DNA from: Myxococcota bacterium | Lineage (GTDB): Bacteria > Myxococcota_A > Bradymonadia > UBA7976 > UBA1532 | Reading direction: 5' to 3' | Assembly: GCA_036337435.1 (NCBI GenBank) | Contig: JAYZEG010000024.1 | Span: 1-64,000 of the forward strand | DNA length: 64,000 bases | In this document: positions 48,261 through 58,409 of the stretch, piece after piece | Layout of the letters: each line of letters starts with the position of its first letter | Position numbering within the stretch: position 1 is the stretch's first letter | Notes under the pieces: model-generated | What the model saw: only the letters and a program-made list of their open reading frames with translations | The model's database searches: none | What the model was told of the DNA's origin: nothing | Made by a program: the position numbers and the translations under genes

Positions 48261-48995
48261 TCAGGACAGTGACAGACCTCCATCTACGCCGATTGTCTGA
48301 CCGGTGATGTACCCGGCCTTGTCACTCGCCAAGAAGTAGACCAAATCAGCGACCTCATCTGATTGACCGAATCTAGGGATCGGGATTGACTTTACGAGCT
48401 GCGCTTCTGCCCGTTGTCTGAGCTGTTCGCTCATATCGGTTTCAATGATGCCTGGTGCGACTGCATTGACGGTGATGTTTCTGGAGCCCAATTCAACTGC
48501 CAAAGCCCTGGTGAACGCTTCTAAAGCACCTTTACTCGCCGCGTAGTTTACTTGTCCTCGATTGGGTCGACGGGCGGCGACGCTGCTCATGTTGATGATC
48601 CGCCCAAAGCGTCGTTTCATCATGGTTTTTGATGCAATTCTGGATGTGTAGAAGGCTGAATCGAGATTCGTTTTCAACACGGCATGCCAGTCATCATCCT
48701 TCATTTTCATGGACAGCTGATCGGCCGTCATACCAGCGTTATTGACCAAGACATCTAGATGGCCGAAGCGCTCCACGCAAGCGTGAACAAGATCGCTCGC
48801 CGCGTTTGAATCGCTTATGTCTGCCTGAACTAGAAAAACCTCCGCGCCGAGGTCTTCACACGCTAAGGCCACCGTTTCGGCGGCAGCTTGATTACGTCTG
48901 TAGCACAGGCAAAGTTTTACGTTCCCTACGCGTGCAAATCTGAGTGCGATAGCACGTCCAATACCCCGACTTGCTCCTGTAATCAGCGCGATCAT
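48261..48995 (-). CDS. fabG: 3-oxoacyl-ACP reductase (SDR)
   Basis: TGASRGIG, NNAG, 'GQVNYAASKG', 'YITGQ..VDGG'. Confidence 0.85.
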   Translation of the reverse strand: MIALITGASRGIGRAIALRFARVGNVKLCLCYRRNQAAAETVALACEDLGAEVFLVQADISDSNAASDLVHACVERFGHLDVLVNNAGMTADQLSMKMKDDDWHAVLKTNLDSAFYTSRIASKTMMKRRFGRIINMSSVAARRPNRGQVNYAASKGALEAFTRALAVELGSRNITVNAVAPGIIETDMSEQLRQRAEAQLVKSIPIPRFGQSDEVADLVYFLASDKAGYITGQTIGVDGGLSLS

Positions 48996-49257
48996 GTGGT
49001 CCCCTTTATGTGGTGAATGTCATCGCGGTGCCCATACTGCGCTAAGCACTCATCGAAGGTCAACTAATCAGATGCTGTCTTTAGCATGCTGAGTGAGAAT
49101 AGCCTCTGCGGGGTGGCGATTAGTGTGTTCGCCGTTATTTCACCAATCGGTTTTCATCATTTGATGGTTTTTGAGATACGTCGTGGACCCAGGTACCTCC
49201 AGTGCTGTATGGTGTGGCCCGTCCAGAAGATAAACTTTTGCGGTCTTGGAGCGAAGC

Positions 49258-51504
49258 ATGATTCGAGCATTTTATGTCTTATTACTGGTGGTCGGCATCT
49301 CCTCGCATGGGTGTGGAGGCGATTCGAGTGATAACGGCGGCACGCGCACGGGGATGGATGCGTCCGGAAGCACAGATGCTGGCATCGATGGGGGTCAAAA
49401 CGATTCAGAGCCCGATGTTTTCTCTGGCGCGCCGCAGTGTAGCGATAACACGGACAATGATGGTGACGGGCTGATCGATCTGGCAGATCCGGGTTGTGAT
49501 GATGCTCTCGACAACGATGAGCAGCAGCGCCAATGCGCTGACGGCGAAGATAATGATGGTGACGGTTTGACCGACTATCCGGCCGATCCCGGTTGTGGCT
49601 CGGCGGGAGACAACGACGAACTCAATCCGCCGCAGCCACCCCAGTGTGCGGATGGCGTTGATAATGATCGAAATGGCCTTGTCGATGAGCAAGATCCTGG
49701 ATGCGCGTCCGCAGCTGATACCAGTGAACGGGCGGGTGAGGAAGCGGCTCAGTGTTCCGACCTAATCGATAACGATGGTGATGGCGTCATTGATTTTCCA
49801 GACGAACTTGGATGCAGCGCAGCAGGCGACAATGATGAGAGCGATCCAAGAACCACACCGCTTTGTGCGAATGAGTTTGACGATGATATGGACGGCCTCG
49901 TTGATTATCCTGCCGACCCAGGATGTTTTGGTCGGGGCGACCGCGATGAAACTGATAAGCCGGTTACCCCGGCATGCGCCGACAGCGTCGACAATGATCG
50001 TGATGGGCAGACTGATTTTCCCGACGATGAGGGGTGTACATCGGCTTCAGACTCCAATGAGAAAGGGGCCTGTTTAGACGATTATGACCCGCCCACGCTG
50101 ACCGCTGATTCAGCGATTGTCATTGACTCAAGCCGCGGTGTTTTTGAGTCCGAGGGCACCTGCGGTGGGCGTGGCAGCCCTGAAACCGTCGTTCGCTACG
50201 TTCTAGACAGTGAAGTTGATGCATTGGTCTTCAGCACACGAAATGAAGGTACGCAGGCAGCGAGTACATTGTATATTCGCTATCAGCAATGTCTAAACAG
50301 TGCCACTGAGATCGCATGTAATGCGGAGGTGCCCAATACGCCCGCACCAGGGCAACGTCTGCGGATCGAGAAGCCGGTTGTCGGCGAATATTTCATCTTT
50401 GTCGATGGTGTTGCTGGTGCCGGCGGCCAAGTTGAACTGAGTGTCACAGAAGTGCCCCGTGCAGCGTGCCTCAATGAAATCGACGATGACATGGATGGGT
50501 TACTCGACTACCCCGAAGACCCCGGTTGTTTGTTGCCCAGTGACCGGGATGAAAGCGATCCCGCCAGCGCACCCGTTTGCGCTAATCAGATCGATGACGA
50601 TGGAGACGGACAAATCGATTTCCCCAACGACGTGGGTTGTTTTGCTGCAGCCTGGGATAGTGAGGCCGACTTGTGCGGCTCGGGCGTGGTGGTTCGCGAA
50701 TATTACCCCGATGCAGCCTTCATCATCGGCGATACAAGTGCTGATGATGCGTCCAATGTATTGGATCCCAACAGCTTAAATTGTGGGCGTACATCGAAAC
50801 CAGAAAATGTCTTTGTTTATCGAAACCGCTATCGCGCTCGACTCACAATTTCGACTGATTACCCGGAAACCAGGACGAACACGGCGGTGTATTTGCGTTC
50901 GACGTGTACATCGGGTCGCAGTGAATTGGCATGTGGTGATGGTGCAGCTGACGGTAGCAATCATGGTTCGGCCGTCGTTGAAGCGGTTGAACCGGGCTTG
51001 TATTTTATTGTTGTTGATACCTCGATCGGATTACCGGGTCCCTTTAAATTGACGGTTCGGTCCGAATACGATGAACTACAATGTTCGGATCATATCGACA
51101 ATGACGGTGATGGAAGAATCGATGATGATGATCCGGGCTGCAGTGGACAGGATGACCGCAGTGAGCGGCAATCCTCAGGCATACCAGAATGCAATAATTC
51201 TGAAGATGATGATCGCGATGGACGGATAGACTGGCCTTTAGATCCTGGTTGCGAAGCGCGTGGCGATGATAGTGAACAAGACCCGGTTCCGCTGCCCGAG
51301 TGTGCCGATGGGATTGATAACGACGGTGATGGTCTGATCGACATTCCAATGGATCCTGGTTGCACTTCGAGGGGCGACCCATCGGAAGAAGACCTTCGTA
51401 TCAGCCCGGCATGTTCCAATGGCAGGGATGATGACGGCGATGGTCTAACGGATTTTGGTGAGGACCCTGATTGTATGTTTGCGGGCGACCGTGATGAGGG
51501 CTAG
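49258..51504 (+). CDS. Secreted lipoprotein with 12 Cys-bracketed Asp-rich (Ca-binding-like) repeats and two PPC-like beta domains
   Basis: Signal with Cys (HGCGG); repeat C-x-D-x-x-D-N-D-G-D-G-x-x-D-(F/Y)P-x-D-P-G-C; 'GEYFIFVDG' and 'PGLYFIVVD' domains. Confidence 0.8.
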   Translation: MIRAFYVLLLVVGISSHGCGGDSSDNGGTRTGMDASGSTDAGIDGGQNDSEPDVFSGAPQCSDNTDNDGDGLIDLADPGCDDALDNDEQQRQCADGEDNDGDGLTDYPADPGCGSAGDNDELNPPQPPQCADGVDNDRNGLVDEQDPGCASAADTSERAGEEAAQCSDLIDNDGDGVIDFPDELGCSAAGDNDESDPRTTPLCANEFDDDMDGLVDYPADPGCFGRGDRDETDKPVTPACADSVDNDRDGQTDFPDDEGCTSASDSNEKGACLDDYDPPTLTADSAIVIDSSRGVFESEGTCGGRGSPETVVRYVLDSEVDALVFSTRNEGTQAASTLYIRYQQCLNSATEIACNAEVPNTPAPGQRLRIEKPVVGEYFIFVDGVAGAGGQVELSVTEVPRAACLNEIDDDMDGLLDYPEDPGCLLPSDRDESDPASAPVCANQIDDDGDGQIDFPNDVGCFAAAWDSEADLCGSGVVVREYYPDAAFIIGDTSADDASNVLDPNSLNCGRTSKPENVFVYRNRYRARLTISTDYPETRTNTAVYLRSTCTSGRSELACGDGAADGSNHGSAVVEAVEPGLYFIVVDTSIGLPGPFKLTVRSEYDELQCSDHIDNDGDGRIDDDDPGCSGQDDRSERQSSGIPECNNSEDDDRDGRIDWPLDPGCEARGDDSEQDPVPLPECADGIDNDGDGLIDIPMDPGCTSRGDPSEEDLRISPACSNGRDDDGDGLTDFGEDPDCMFAGDRDEG

Positions 51505-51585
51505 TTCGAGTCCCTCGATATAAATTCGATTTGTGCTGTGCCTCTTTTGTGGCACTCGAACTGTTAATGATATCGACCCGGTGAG

Positions 51586-53148
51586 ATGGCTTTATTCGTT
51601 TGTCTTACGACTTTTTGGTTTCTTTATTTTTTGCGTTCAGCGAAGGAAGATGCAGCCCCCCTACCGGACCCATCGACGGAGTCGTTTTCATACACCTTAT
51701 GGACGACGGATTCGGATACGCAACATCTATTTGACCCCAGCCCGACGCACGTTGTCGCGACAAGAAATGAGTTACCAGACCGTGGTTGGATTCTTTTCTT
51801 GGGACAAGGCGTTTCTGGAGATTCGTCCCTGCCTCGACGTTTGCTTGCGTGTCAAAATCGCTACATCGATGTACGACTATCCCAGGCAGATACCCATCGG
51901 AAAGCCTCGGTCGACCGATTGGTCCGTGATCACTCGCTGACCGGCCAAACACTTGATTCGCGTCGTTTGCTCGCGCACACCGATGAGCAATGTGTTTGGT
52001 TTCGTGCAGAAGATTTTCCAGATTTGCGGGCGACCGCTCGCACCAGTTTAGGGCAATGGCGTAAAAATTTAGGGTTTGGCGTCTCGTTGAGAGCCGGTGT
52101 AGACCAGGACAATCAACCGGTGGTTACTGGCCATTTTTCCCTCGAGCACGCGTTTCAAATTCTGACTCTGCGGTACCAACACATCCCTTTACTCGCGTCG
52201 GTGCTTTGGATCAAAATTGCGTCGCTCTATTTGCTGCCCCTCGCGGGTCTGCTTTTTACGCCTACTCGGCCCTACGCTGCCCTGGCCATTTTGCTCATGC
52301 TTCTGACACGCTTAGGGCAGGATATTAGGTACTCATACCCTGGATTTTCCTTTTTGACCGACTGGGTGCTGCGCCCCTATTTACTTGCGACGCTGGCTCG
52401 GCATGATTCAGGAATCAGTTCTACACAGGCCCACTCGAAGGGACGAGTTCCTGCTGTCACTCGTGAACGAACACATTTTTTGATGAACGGAGATGGGTTT
52501 GCTTTGGGCAAAGAAGCCTCAGACCGAACACAGTTGGAAGCTCATATTATGTTGGGTGAAGCATCAGGTGCTGGTCCAATGGGCTTTCTGATGGATAGAT
52601 GGTTATTGAACAGGTCTGTTTTTCGGGGCTTGCGGTGGGGCAGTGTGGTGGTTGCACGCGCATTAGGCGAACTCAAGCCGGCGAAGCTGATGGCGATCGG
52701 TCACCTGTCAATATTGTCAAGTCAGCACTATCAGGATGGACGGGTTTGGTTTGTGGATCCAGACCAGACGCTGGTGGAAAGGTACGCTGTCAGGGCAGGC
52801 AAACATGTCCCTTGGGTATCAGCGATCGATGCTTTACCTGAGGAGATCTTCGACTGTGTTGTCTTTCAACATGTTGCAGAATTTGTGGGTGATGCGGCAC
52901 TGCGGCGACAGCTAAAAGCAATATCGATGCGACTCGCAGAAAACGGCAATTTGATCATTACCACCACACACCCTCATGGACTTGTTAGCATGTTGGAAAC
53001 CCATCTGAACTGGCCGACGAGAGTTCGAAGCGGTGTCGGCGTCGAATCACACCTCGTTGCAAGTGAGTACCAGGTGCGCCGGCGATTTGTTGATCCAGGA
53101 GAAACACAATCGGTTTTGATCGCAGGAAAGAGAAATGTCCGCCATTGA
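51586..53148 (+). CDS. Hypothetical membrane protein with C-terminal methyltransferase-like fold
   Basis: 520-aa ORF with hydrophobic segments. 'FDCVVFQHVAEFV..L.ENG.LII' resembles the class I SAM-MTase C-terminal strands. Confidence 0.5.
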   Translation: MALFVCLTTFWFLYFLRSAKEDAAPLPDPSTESFSYTLWTTDSDTQHLFDPSPTHVVATRNELPDRGWILFLGQGVSGDSSLPRRLLACQNRYIDVRLSQADTHRKASVDRLVRDHSLTGQTLDSRRLLAHTDEQCVWFRAEDFPDLRATARTSLGQWRKNLGFGVSLRAGVDQDNQPVVTGHFSLEHAFQILTLRYQHIPLLASVLWIKIASLYLLPLAGLLFTPTRPYAALAILLMLLTRLGQDIRYSYPGFSFLTDWVLRPYLLATLARHDSGISSTQAHSKGRVPAVTRERTHFLMNGDGFALGKEASDRTQLEAHIMLGEASGAGPMGFLMDRWLLNRSVFRGLRWGSVVVARALGELKPAKLMAIGHLSILSSQHYQDGRVWFVDPDQTLVERYAVRAGKHVPWVSAIDALPEEIFDCVVFQHVAEFVGDAALRRQLKAISMRLAENGNLIITTTHPHGLVSMLETHLNWPTRVRSGVGVESHLVASEYQVRRRFVDPGETQSVLIAGKRNVRH

Positions 53149-53150
53149 GC

Positions 53151-55541
53151 TTATGGCTTTATAGATGGGATTCCCTCGCTGATTAAGTCTTGCAGAAATT
53201 CTTTAATATCTTGAACAGCAGTTGGTTCGGAAAACAAAGTCGACTCACTGTCCTCAAGACTCCGACTATACTGTTTTGCGCCCTGTGTTGCCTCGTTTGC
53301 CACATTGGCCTTGAGAACCCCCTCTTCACTGATGTCTGCGGTGCGCACAGAAGACAGCTCCATGATGGGGTCGCCGACAAGTGCCAATCGCATCGAAATT
53401 AGCAGCGATTCGACGAGTTTTTTTGGGGTTTCCTGATCGGCGACGTCATGCATGTAGAAAATATGTTTCCTAGGTTCCCCATCATTCGGGGTTCTGATCA
53501 GCCCACCGTAATTTTGGGGATCCCTGGAATCAAGCCAAGATTGAAATAGTTGGAGTGCCGGATGCATAGCCTCCATCTTGGCATCAGCCAGCCGGAGTCC
53601 CAGCTCCGCTGCGATGGGGTGGGGGGTGTTCTTGAGTCGAAGCATGTCGACCATACTGGCACCGAACCCAGTCAGGATCGCAGCAGAAAGAGTTGGGTTG
53701 TTGGCAATGAAGGGCATGGCAACCTCGGCACCATATCCCGCCCCAATGAAGACAAAGCGATTCGGGTCAAAACCAATACGGCTTTCCGGAAGCTGAAGTT
53801 CCGCGGTCCGCAGATAGCTGACAATCCCGTGTAAATCAGTTACAGCTTGTGCGCCTTGGTCTCGCAAAAAACGGGGGTTATCTAAGTTGTATAGTGCACT
53901 CGCGATGTCGGCCTTGGTGGGGATTTCTGAGCCGTTGTAGCGTTCACCATGTAGAATCCCATCGAAACCAATGACGGCCCACCCAATACTCGTTAGCATG
54001 GCAGCCAGTCCATTTTCGATGGCCGACCGAAAACCACCGCCGATATCATGGCCAAAAATAACAATCGGCCAGCCGGCTTGCGGGACATCGCCAGTTGGGA
54101 CAGCGATAGAAACACATGTCGGCTGAGTGTTTTGTACGACGGGCCGACGCCCCCTGAATTGCACGAATCCGCCAGAGGATTGATAGGGCGGCTCTCCAAT
54201 AAGAATATTCGGGAGTTCAAGGCGCCCATGCAGTTCGATAAATCCTGGTGCCGCAGCCCCGCAGCCCCGACCCGGTCCGCCCCCGCAGGGCGAGATAACT
54301 CCGCTGTCGCACTGAGATAGATCGCTGATAGACGGTGCTGGGCGCTCGTTTACAGACGCGACTGCGCCGAGAACGCCTTCTGTCGGGTTACCTGTCGTAA
54401 ACACGGTGGCGCCGATGACGTCCTCGACAGGAATCTCCTGATCGAGCAGATAGCGTCTGAGTGGTGCATATGCGGCCCATGCTTGCTGAATGATGGCATT
54501 GGTCGGCGGTGATTGCCCTAATACGAGCGATAGATGTTCGCTGGGTTCCAGCGGCACTCCGTTGACGTCGGTAATCCCGCGCCGAAAAATAACCGCATAG
54601 GTTGTGAGCGGGGCGAGTGGGCTTCCTTCAGAGGGCCTTATGCCCAGCCAATTTGGGCAGACGTATCGATCTCCACCACCGGTTGCATAGAATCTTGACC
54701 GTGGTGGTAGACCGTAACGGTTTGTGTTCGGTGTGATATTAACAAAGGAAAAATTTGCACCATTACCACCAAATTCAAGGGTGTCATACTCGACCCGCCC
54801 ATCGAATCTAAAGATCACAGCTTCGTTCAATCCAAAACCATATCGGGGCGTTTCATTTGCACTGACATATTGACTCAGCAGCTCGGCTGGTGTCGGAAAA
54901 TTCGTGCTCCCAGGGAAACCAGATAGGTCCGTGATGGTTTGTTGCCGACGGATGTCATTTGGATAGGGCAAGGTAAAAAAGTCAGTGGTCGAGTTCAAAC
55001 CGGGAATGACGAAACGTAGGCCCGGAACTCCGTCAGGCGTGTCGATTGAACATTCACTTGGGGTCCATGTCGGTAGCACAACACAGAGACGGTCGGTTCC
55101 GCATGTCATGCCAAGTCCGCAGTCGGATGCGGCTTGGCATGATGTGTCCAATTGGTTTGTGCCTGGCTCACCTAATTCTTGGCATCGGGCTTCACTGGAG
55201 CAAACTAAATCACCGTTACAATCGTCATTCGATGAGCAAACTGCATCCGCATCTTGGTTCCTTGGCGTACTGCACAGGCCCTTGGCATTGCAGACAAAAC
55301 GGCTTTGGCAGTCAGCGTCTTCGCTGCATGGAGCCCCCGACGTCAGCGTACCCGGACTGCCAACCGCAGCGCACACTTTCTCGCGGCTGCACAGTAGGCC
55401 AGCCGCACAAACGGCATCGGTTTCGCACGCTTGCCCTGTCGCCAACGGTAGAGCTTCATTGTCACGAAATGGCTCGCACGACGAGAGCGATATGACGATG
55501 GTCGGTACAAGAACAAGCAATGAGGCTCGTTGAGGGTTCAT
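53151..55541 (-). CDS. Lipoprotein: Cys-rich repeats, Ig-like region, alpha/beta-hydrolase (lipase-like) fold; catalytic residues appear lost
   Basis: Lipobox LSSC; C-x5-C-x5-C repeats; 'FFTLPYPNDIR', 'PL.P.TTYAVI', 'AT.FTT', 'GWPIVIFGH' myxobacterial lipase-family motifs. Confidence 0.7.
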   Translation of the reverse strand: MNPQRASLLVLVPTIVISLSSCEPFRDNEALPLATGQACETDAVCAAGLLCSREKVCAAVGSPGTLTSGAPCSEDADCQSRFVCNAKGLCSTPRNQDADAVCSSNDDCNGDLVCSSEARCQELGEPGTNQLDTSCQAASDCGLGMTCGTDRLCVVLPTWTPSECSIDTPDGVPGLRFVIPGLNSTTDFFTLPYPNDIRRQQTITDLSGFPGSTNFPTPAELLSQYVSANETPRYGFGLNEAVIFRFDGRVEYDTLEFGGNGANFSFVNITPNTNRYGLPPRSRFYATGGGDRYVCPNWLGIRPSEGSPLAPLTTYAVIFRRGITDVNGVPLEPSEHLSLVLGQSPPTNAIIQQAWAAYAPLRRYLLDQEIPVEDVIGATVFTTGNPTEGVLGAVASVNERPAPSISDLSQCDSGVISPCGGGPGRGCGAAAPGFIELHGRLELPNILIGEPPYQSSGGFVQFRGRRPVVQNTQPTCVSIAVPTGDVPQAGWPIVIFGHDIGGGFRSAIENGLAAMLTSIGWAVIGFDGILHGERYNGSEIPTKADIASALYNLDNPRFLRDQGAQAVTDLHGIVSYLRTAELQLPESRIGFDPNRFVFIGAGYGAEVAMPFIANNPTLSAAILTGFGASMVDMLRLKNTPHPIAAELGLRLADAKMEAMHPALQLFQSWLDSRDPQNYGGLIRTPNDGEPRKHIFYMHDVADQETPKKLVESLLISMRLALVGDPIMELSSVRTADISEEGVLKANVANEATQGAKQYSRSLEDSESTLFSEPTAVQDIKEFLQDLISEGIPSIKP

Positions 55542-55754
55542 CTGGTCTCCCGAAATTCGATTTGGGCTCGCCGATTCAATCGGTTGTGATTCCTAAGTTG
55601 TTGTTGATACATCCTTAGAAACCGTTGATAAATTGACGCATTACCAAGGCTACTTTGGCGGTCTTATGCTGCCAGAACATCTAATTTGAGTACAACATAA
55701 GTTGGCCCACCATTTGCTGAAGAGTAACCCAGAACACCAACTGGAGTCGACAGC

Positions 55755-56852
55755 ATGTTTTCGAGTAACAGAACAATCAGTCCTCAAAGCGACTTAATTC
55801 CACTCGCCGAGTCACTGGCGGATGTTTTAGTGGATATTGGTGACTCGTCAGCGGCAGGGGATGTGTTGTCATTGGTTTCGAAGCACAGCGTATCCGATGG
55901 GGTTGCTCTTCGTCGGGCCGAACAAAGTTTTATCAATGGAGACGCAACAGCAGCTTTAGACGCGTTGGTGCCTGCTTGGGAAGCGGGGTCAGACGATCTC
56001 CATCTCGAAGTCCAAATGGGTCTGGCTGCGCTTGCACTTGGCTTATACGATGTGGTTGAAACCCTGACAGACAGAGATGATTTTAGCTTAGAACATTCTA
56101 TTTTGAGGTGGTTGTCAGCTTTGAGCGACGGCACGGAATTGCCCAACCTGGACTGGGCTCATGGACCAACGATTTGGTCGGCGACCGCCATGCTCACGAC
56201 CCTATCTCGATGTGGGCGTTTGGACATCGCATTTAGGGTGAAGTGCTTTGCGAAAGACAATTCGCAAGAGGATCTTTATCGGTCTATCTCGCGGATTCCA
56301 TCCGCCGAACCTGTTCATTCGCAACCTGCGTCTCCGCCTCTGAATGGCCGGGAACAATTTAGAGAACAGTGGACTCATCCGGGTGCCGATGTGGTCTTCA
56401 ATTGGGTGTGGAGTTCTGCGCGTCAAGTCTTTACAGGAGAGCGGGTGTTCATGGCCGGGCCTCAGGCAGAGCTGTTGGCCCCATTTGCTGAACATGCGCT
56501 CTCTGATAGTCACGATTCCCTCAATGAAGAGGGGACGAACTCTGTCATTAAACCAGGCCGTTTTGAACATATTATCTCGATCTTCGACATCAATTTCGGT
56601 CTAAGTCCGGTTGAGACAATGCAATCCTATGCGCGCGGCCTCACCCATGAAGGCCAGCTCCACATGCTTGTTGCAGCACAGTGTAAAAACACATGCTTTG
56701 ACCTAGCACTGTCCTACGCTGCCATCGTCAACCTCTGCCACCGGGCAGGTCTTGTGATTACCGGCTGCGATTCACGGGACCTCAGCGGTCTCCCAGTCGC
56801 TCACGACGAGGCCGATGTCCACCTTTTCCGTGTTGAAAAAAGAATTATTTGA
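55755..56852 (+). CDS. Hypothetical protein (TPR-like N-terminus, possible degenerate methyltransferase-like C-terminus)
   Basis: 365-aa ORF with GGAG SD; no confident family motif. Confidence 0.55.
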   Translation: MFSSNRTISPQSDLIPLAESLADVLVDIGDSSAAGDVLSLVSKHSVSDGVALRRAEQSFINGDATAALDALVPAWEAGSDDLHLEVQMGLAALALGLYDVVETLTDRDDFSLEHSILRWLSALSDGTELPNLDWAHGPTIWSATAMLTTLSRCGRLDIAFRVKCFAKDNSQEDLYRSISRIPSAEPVHSQPASPPLNGREQFREQWTHPGADVVFNWVWSSARQVFTGERVFMAGPQAELLAPFAEHALSDSHDSLNEEGTNSVIKPGRFEHIISIFDINFGLSPVETMQSYARGLTHEGQLHMLVAAQCKNTCFDLALSYAAIVNLCHRAGLVITGCDSRDLSGLPVAHDEADVHLFRVEKRII

Positions 56853-56864
56853 GTTCGATGCGAT

Positions 56865-57248
56865 TCACCTGGCCCGACAAGCTGTCGCACCGATTTCGAC
56901 AATCACATCTTTTGGAAGGCGGCTGACCTCCACGGTTGCCCGTGCAGGCGGTGGTGTTGGCATATAGCTCGAGTAGACGGCATTGACCGCGCCGAAATCG
57001 TCCATATCTGTCAGAAATATCGTACACTGAACTAAGTCATCGTACGTAAAATTCGCAGCGTTCAGAACTGCCCCTAAATTCTTCAGCACCTGGTCTGCCT
57101 GCTCTGCAGCATTTTCACCAACTAAGGTCATCGTCTTCGGATCCAAGGCGATTTGGCCACTGACCCAGAGCATGTCACCGACCTGAATCGCTTGGGAGTA
57201 AGGACCGATCGCCGCAGGCGCAGCGACCGTTTTGATTGCACGTTTCAT
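56865..57248 (-). CDS. ridA: RidA/YjgF family enamine deaminase
   Basis: 'APAAIGPYSQA', 'SGQI', 'PARATVEVSRLPK'. Confidence 0.93.
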   Translation of the reverse strand: MKRAIKTVAAPAAIGPYSQAIQVGDMLWVSGQIALDPKTMTLVGENAAEQADQVLKNLGAVLNAANFTYDDLVQCTIFLTDMDDFGAVNAVYSSYMPTPPPARATVEVSRLPKDVIVEIGATACRAR

Positions 57249-57293
57249 GAATGTGTCCCGGTCTGCTGCACAGCGGTAACCCTCAGTCGAGGG

Positions 57294-57620
57294 TCAAACG
57301 CTCGCCTGTCGGATAGACACAGCACCCTTCCTGAAAGACTCTGGCCGATGCTGCGCTTTGCTGACTTGCCGGGAAATTTTGTCGATGGTCTCATCCGCGG
57401 CTTTTATAAGGTCGTTACTGATGGAGTTAGCACTGTAGTCATGGCCTGCATTCTGGAAATGTATCGCACAGCCAAACTGATTGTTGGGTATTGTTTCAAG
57501 ACGGACTCTCACGAATAAGTTCTGCCCGAGCCGCTTTTCCAGCTTCGCAAGTTTAGCTTCGATGCGATTTTTGACCATCTTAGATGGATTCAGATCCTTA
57601 CCGATGACTTCTAGATTCAT
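57294..57620 (-). CDS. hpf: Ribosome hibernation promoting factor (HPF/RaiA family, short form)
   Basis: 'M..EVIGK.L', 'KL.KLEK', 'DL..A.D....K..RQ' sigma-54-modulation/S30EA pattern; GGAGG SD. Confidence 0.8.
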   Translation of the reverse strand: MNLEVIGKDLNPSKMVKNRIEAKLAKLEKRLGQNLFVRVRLETIPNNQFGCAIHFQNAGHDYSANSISNDLIKAADETIDKISRQVSKAQHRPESFRKGAVSIRQASV

Positions 57621-57690
57621 CCGGTCCTCCCCGCGGACTCTCTTTAGCCCGCTCGTCCATTTGGGCTCTCGCCCAACCGTATACCAAATT

Positions 57691-58368
57691 TCAGAGTGCT
57701 AAACGCACCCCGAAAGCCCCATTGATAGCCAGCACTGCTTGCCCATCAGGGATATCAGCGCCGGCAAAAAAACCTTGTATACTGAGATTCGTTACCCAGC
57801 CAAAAACATCATTCACGGGTACGTACAAACCACCTCCCAGCTCGACGCCCAACCGTCGAACCGGTGCGACGTACCAGGGTAGCCCTCCGAATGCGTACAA
57901 TTCGCTCGTGCCGACGTCACGCACCAATTTAATCTTTGGATTCAACGCCAGCACAACCTGCTTTTCCAGTTGAATAATGGTGCCCATAACCCATTCCAAC
58001 TCGCGATCGCCATCGAACATGAAGCCTACGTCAAATTGAAGGTTGGTGGGCGCACGAGACGTGGTGGTATTCTCATCGCCGCTGCTGGTTAGCGTACCCG
58101 ATCCTAATCGGGCATCAACGGCAAGATCGAGCGTTTGAGCGTATGCAGCGGTTTGCGGCACGATAGTTGCTAGCAATATCAGCAAGATGGAAACTGCAAG
58201 TGTACGAATGCTCGGATACACCGATTCGGTAAGGGTCGCCAATGGAGACGTCGAGTGTAGCGTTGTTAAAGACGACCAATGCACCGTTGCGTGTAGCCCT
58301 GAATTCGGTTCGGACCCCGAAAGTTCCCTTGTACCTTCGAGGTTAGCGTCCGGATTCAATCTGGGCAA
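57691..58368 (-). CDS. Hypothetical outer-membrane beta-barrel-like protein (true start probably downstream)
   Basis: Signal-like segment ending AYA, alternating beta strands, terminal 'GVRLAL'. Confidence 0.55.
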   Translation of the reverse strand: MPRLNPDANLEGTRELSGSEPNSGLHATVHWSSLTTLHSTSPLATLTESVYPSIRTLAVSILLILLATIVPQTAAYAQTLDLAVDARLGSGTLTSSGDENTTTSRAPTNLQFDVGFMFDGDRELEWVMGTIIQLEKQVVLALNPKIKLVRDVGTSELYAFGGLPWYVAPVRRLGVELGGGLYVPVNDVFGWVTNLSIQGFFAGADIPDGQAVLAINGAFGVRLAL

Positions 58369-58409
58369 GGTATTATTATTGTCGACTCAAACCTAGGCTA
58401 TGTGAAAAC

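Noticed and set aside
57294..57620. Short-form HPF as a novelty
   Set aside because: Short HPF-like paralogs are common; cannot be judged without the rest of the genome.
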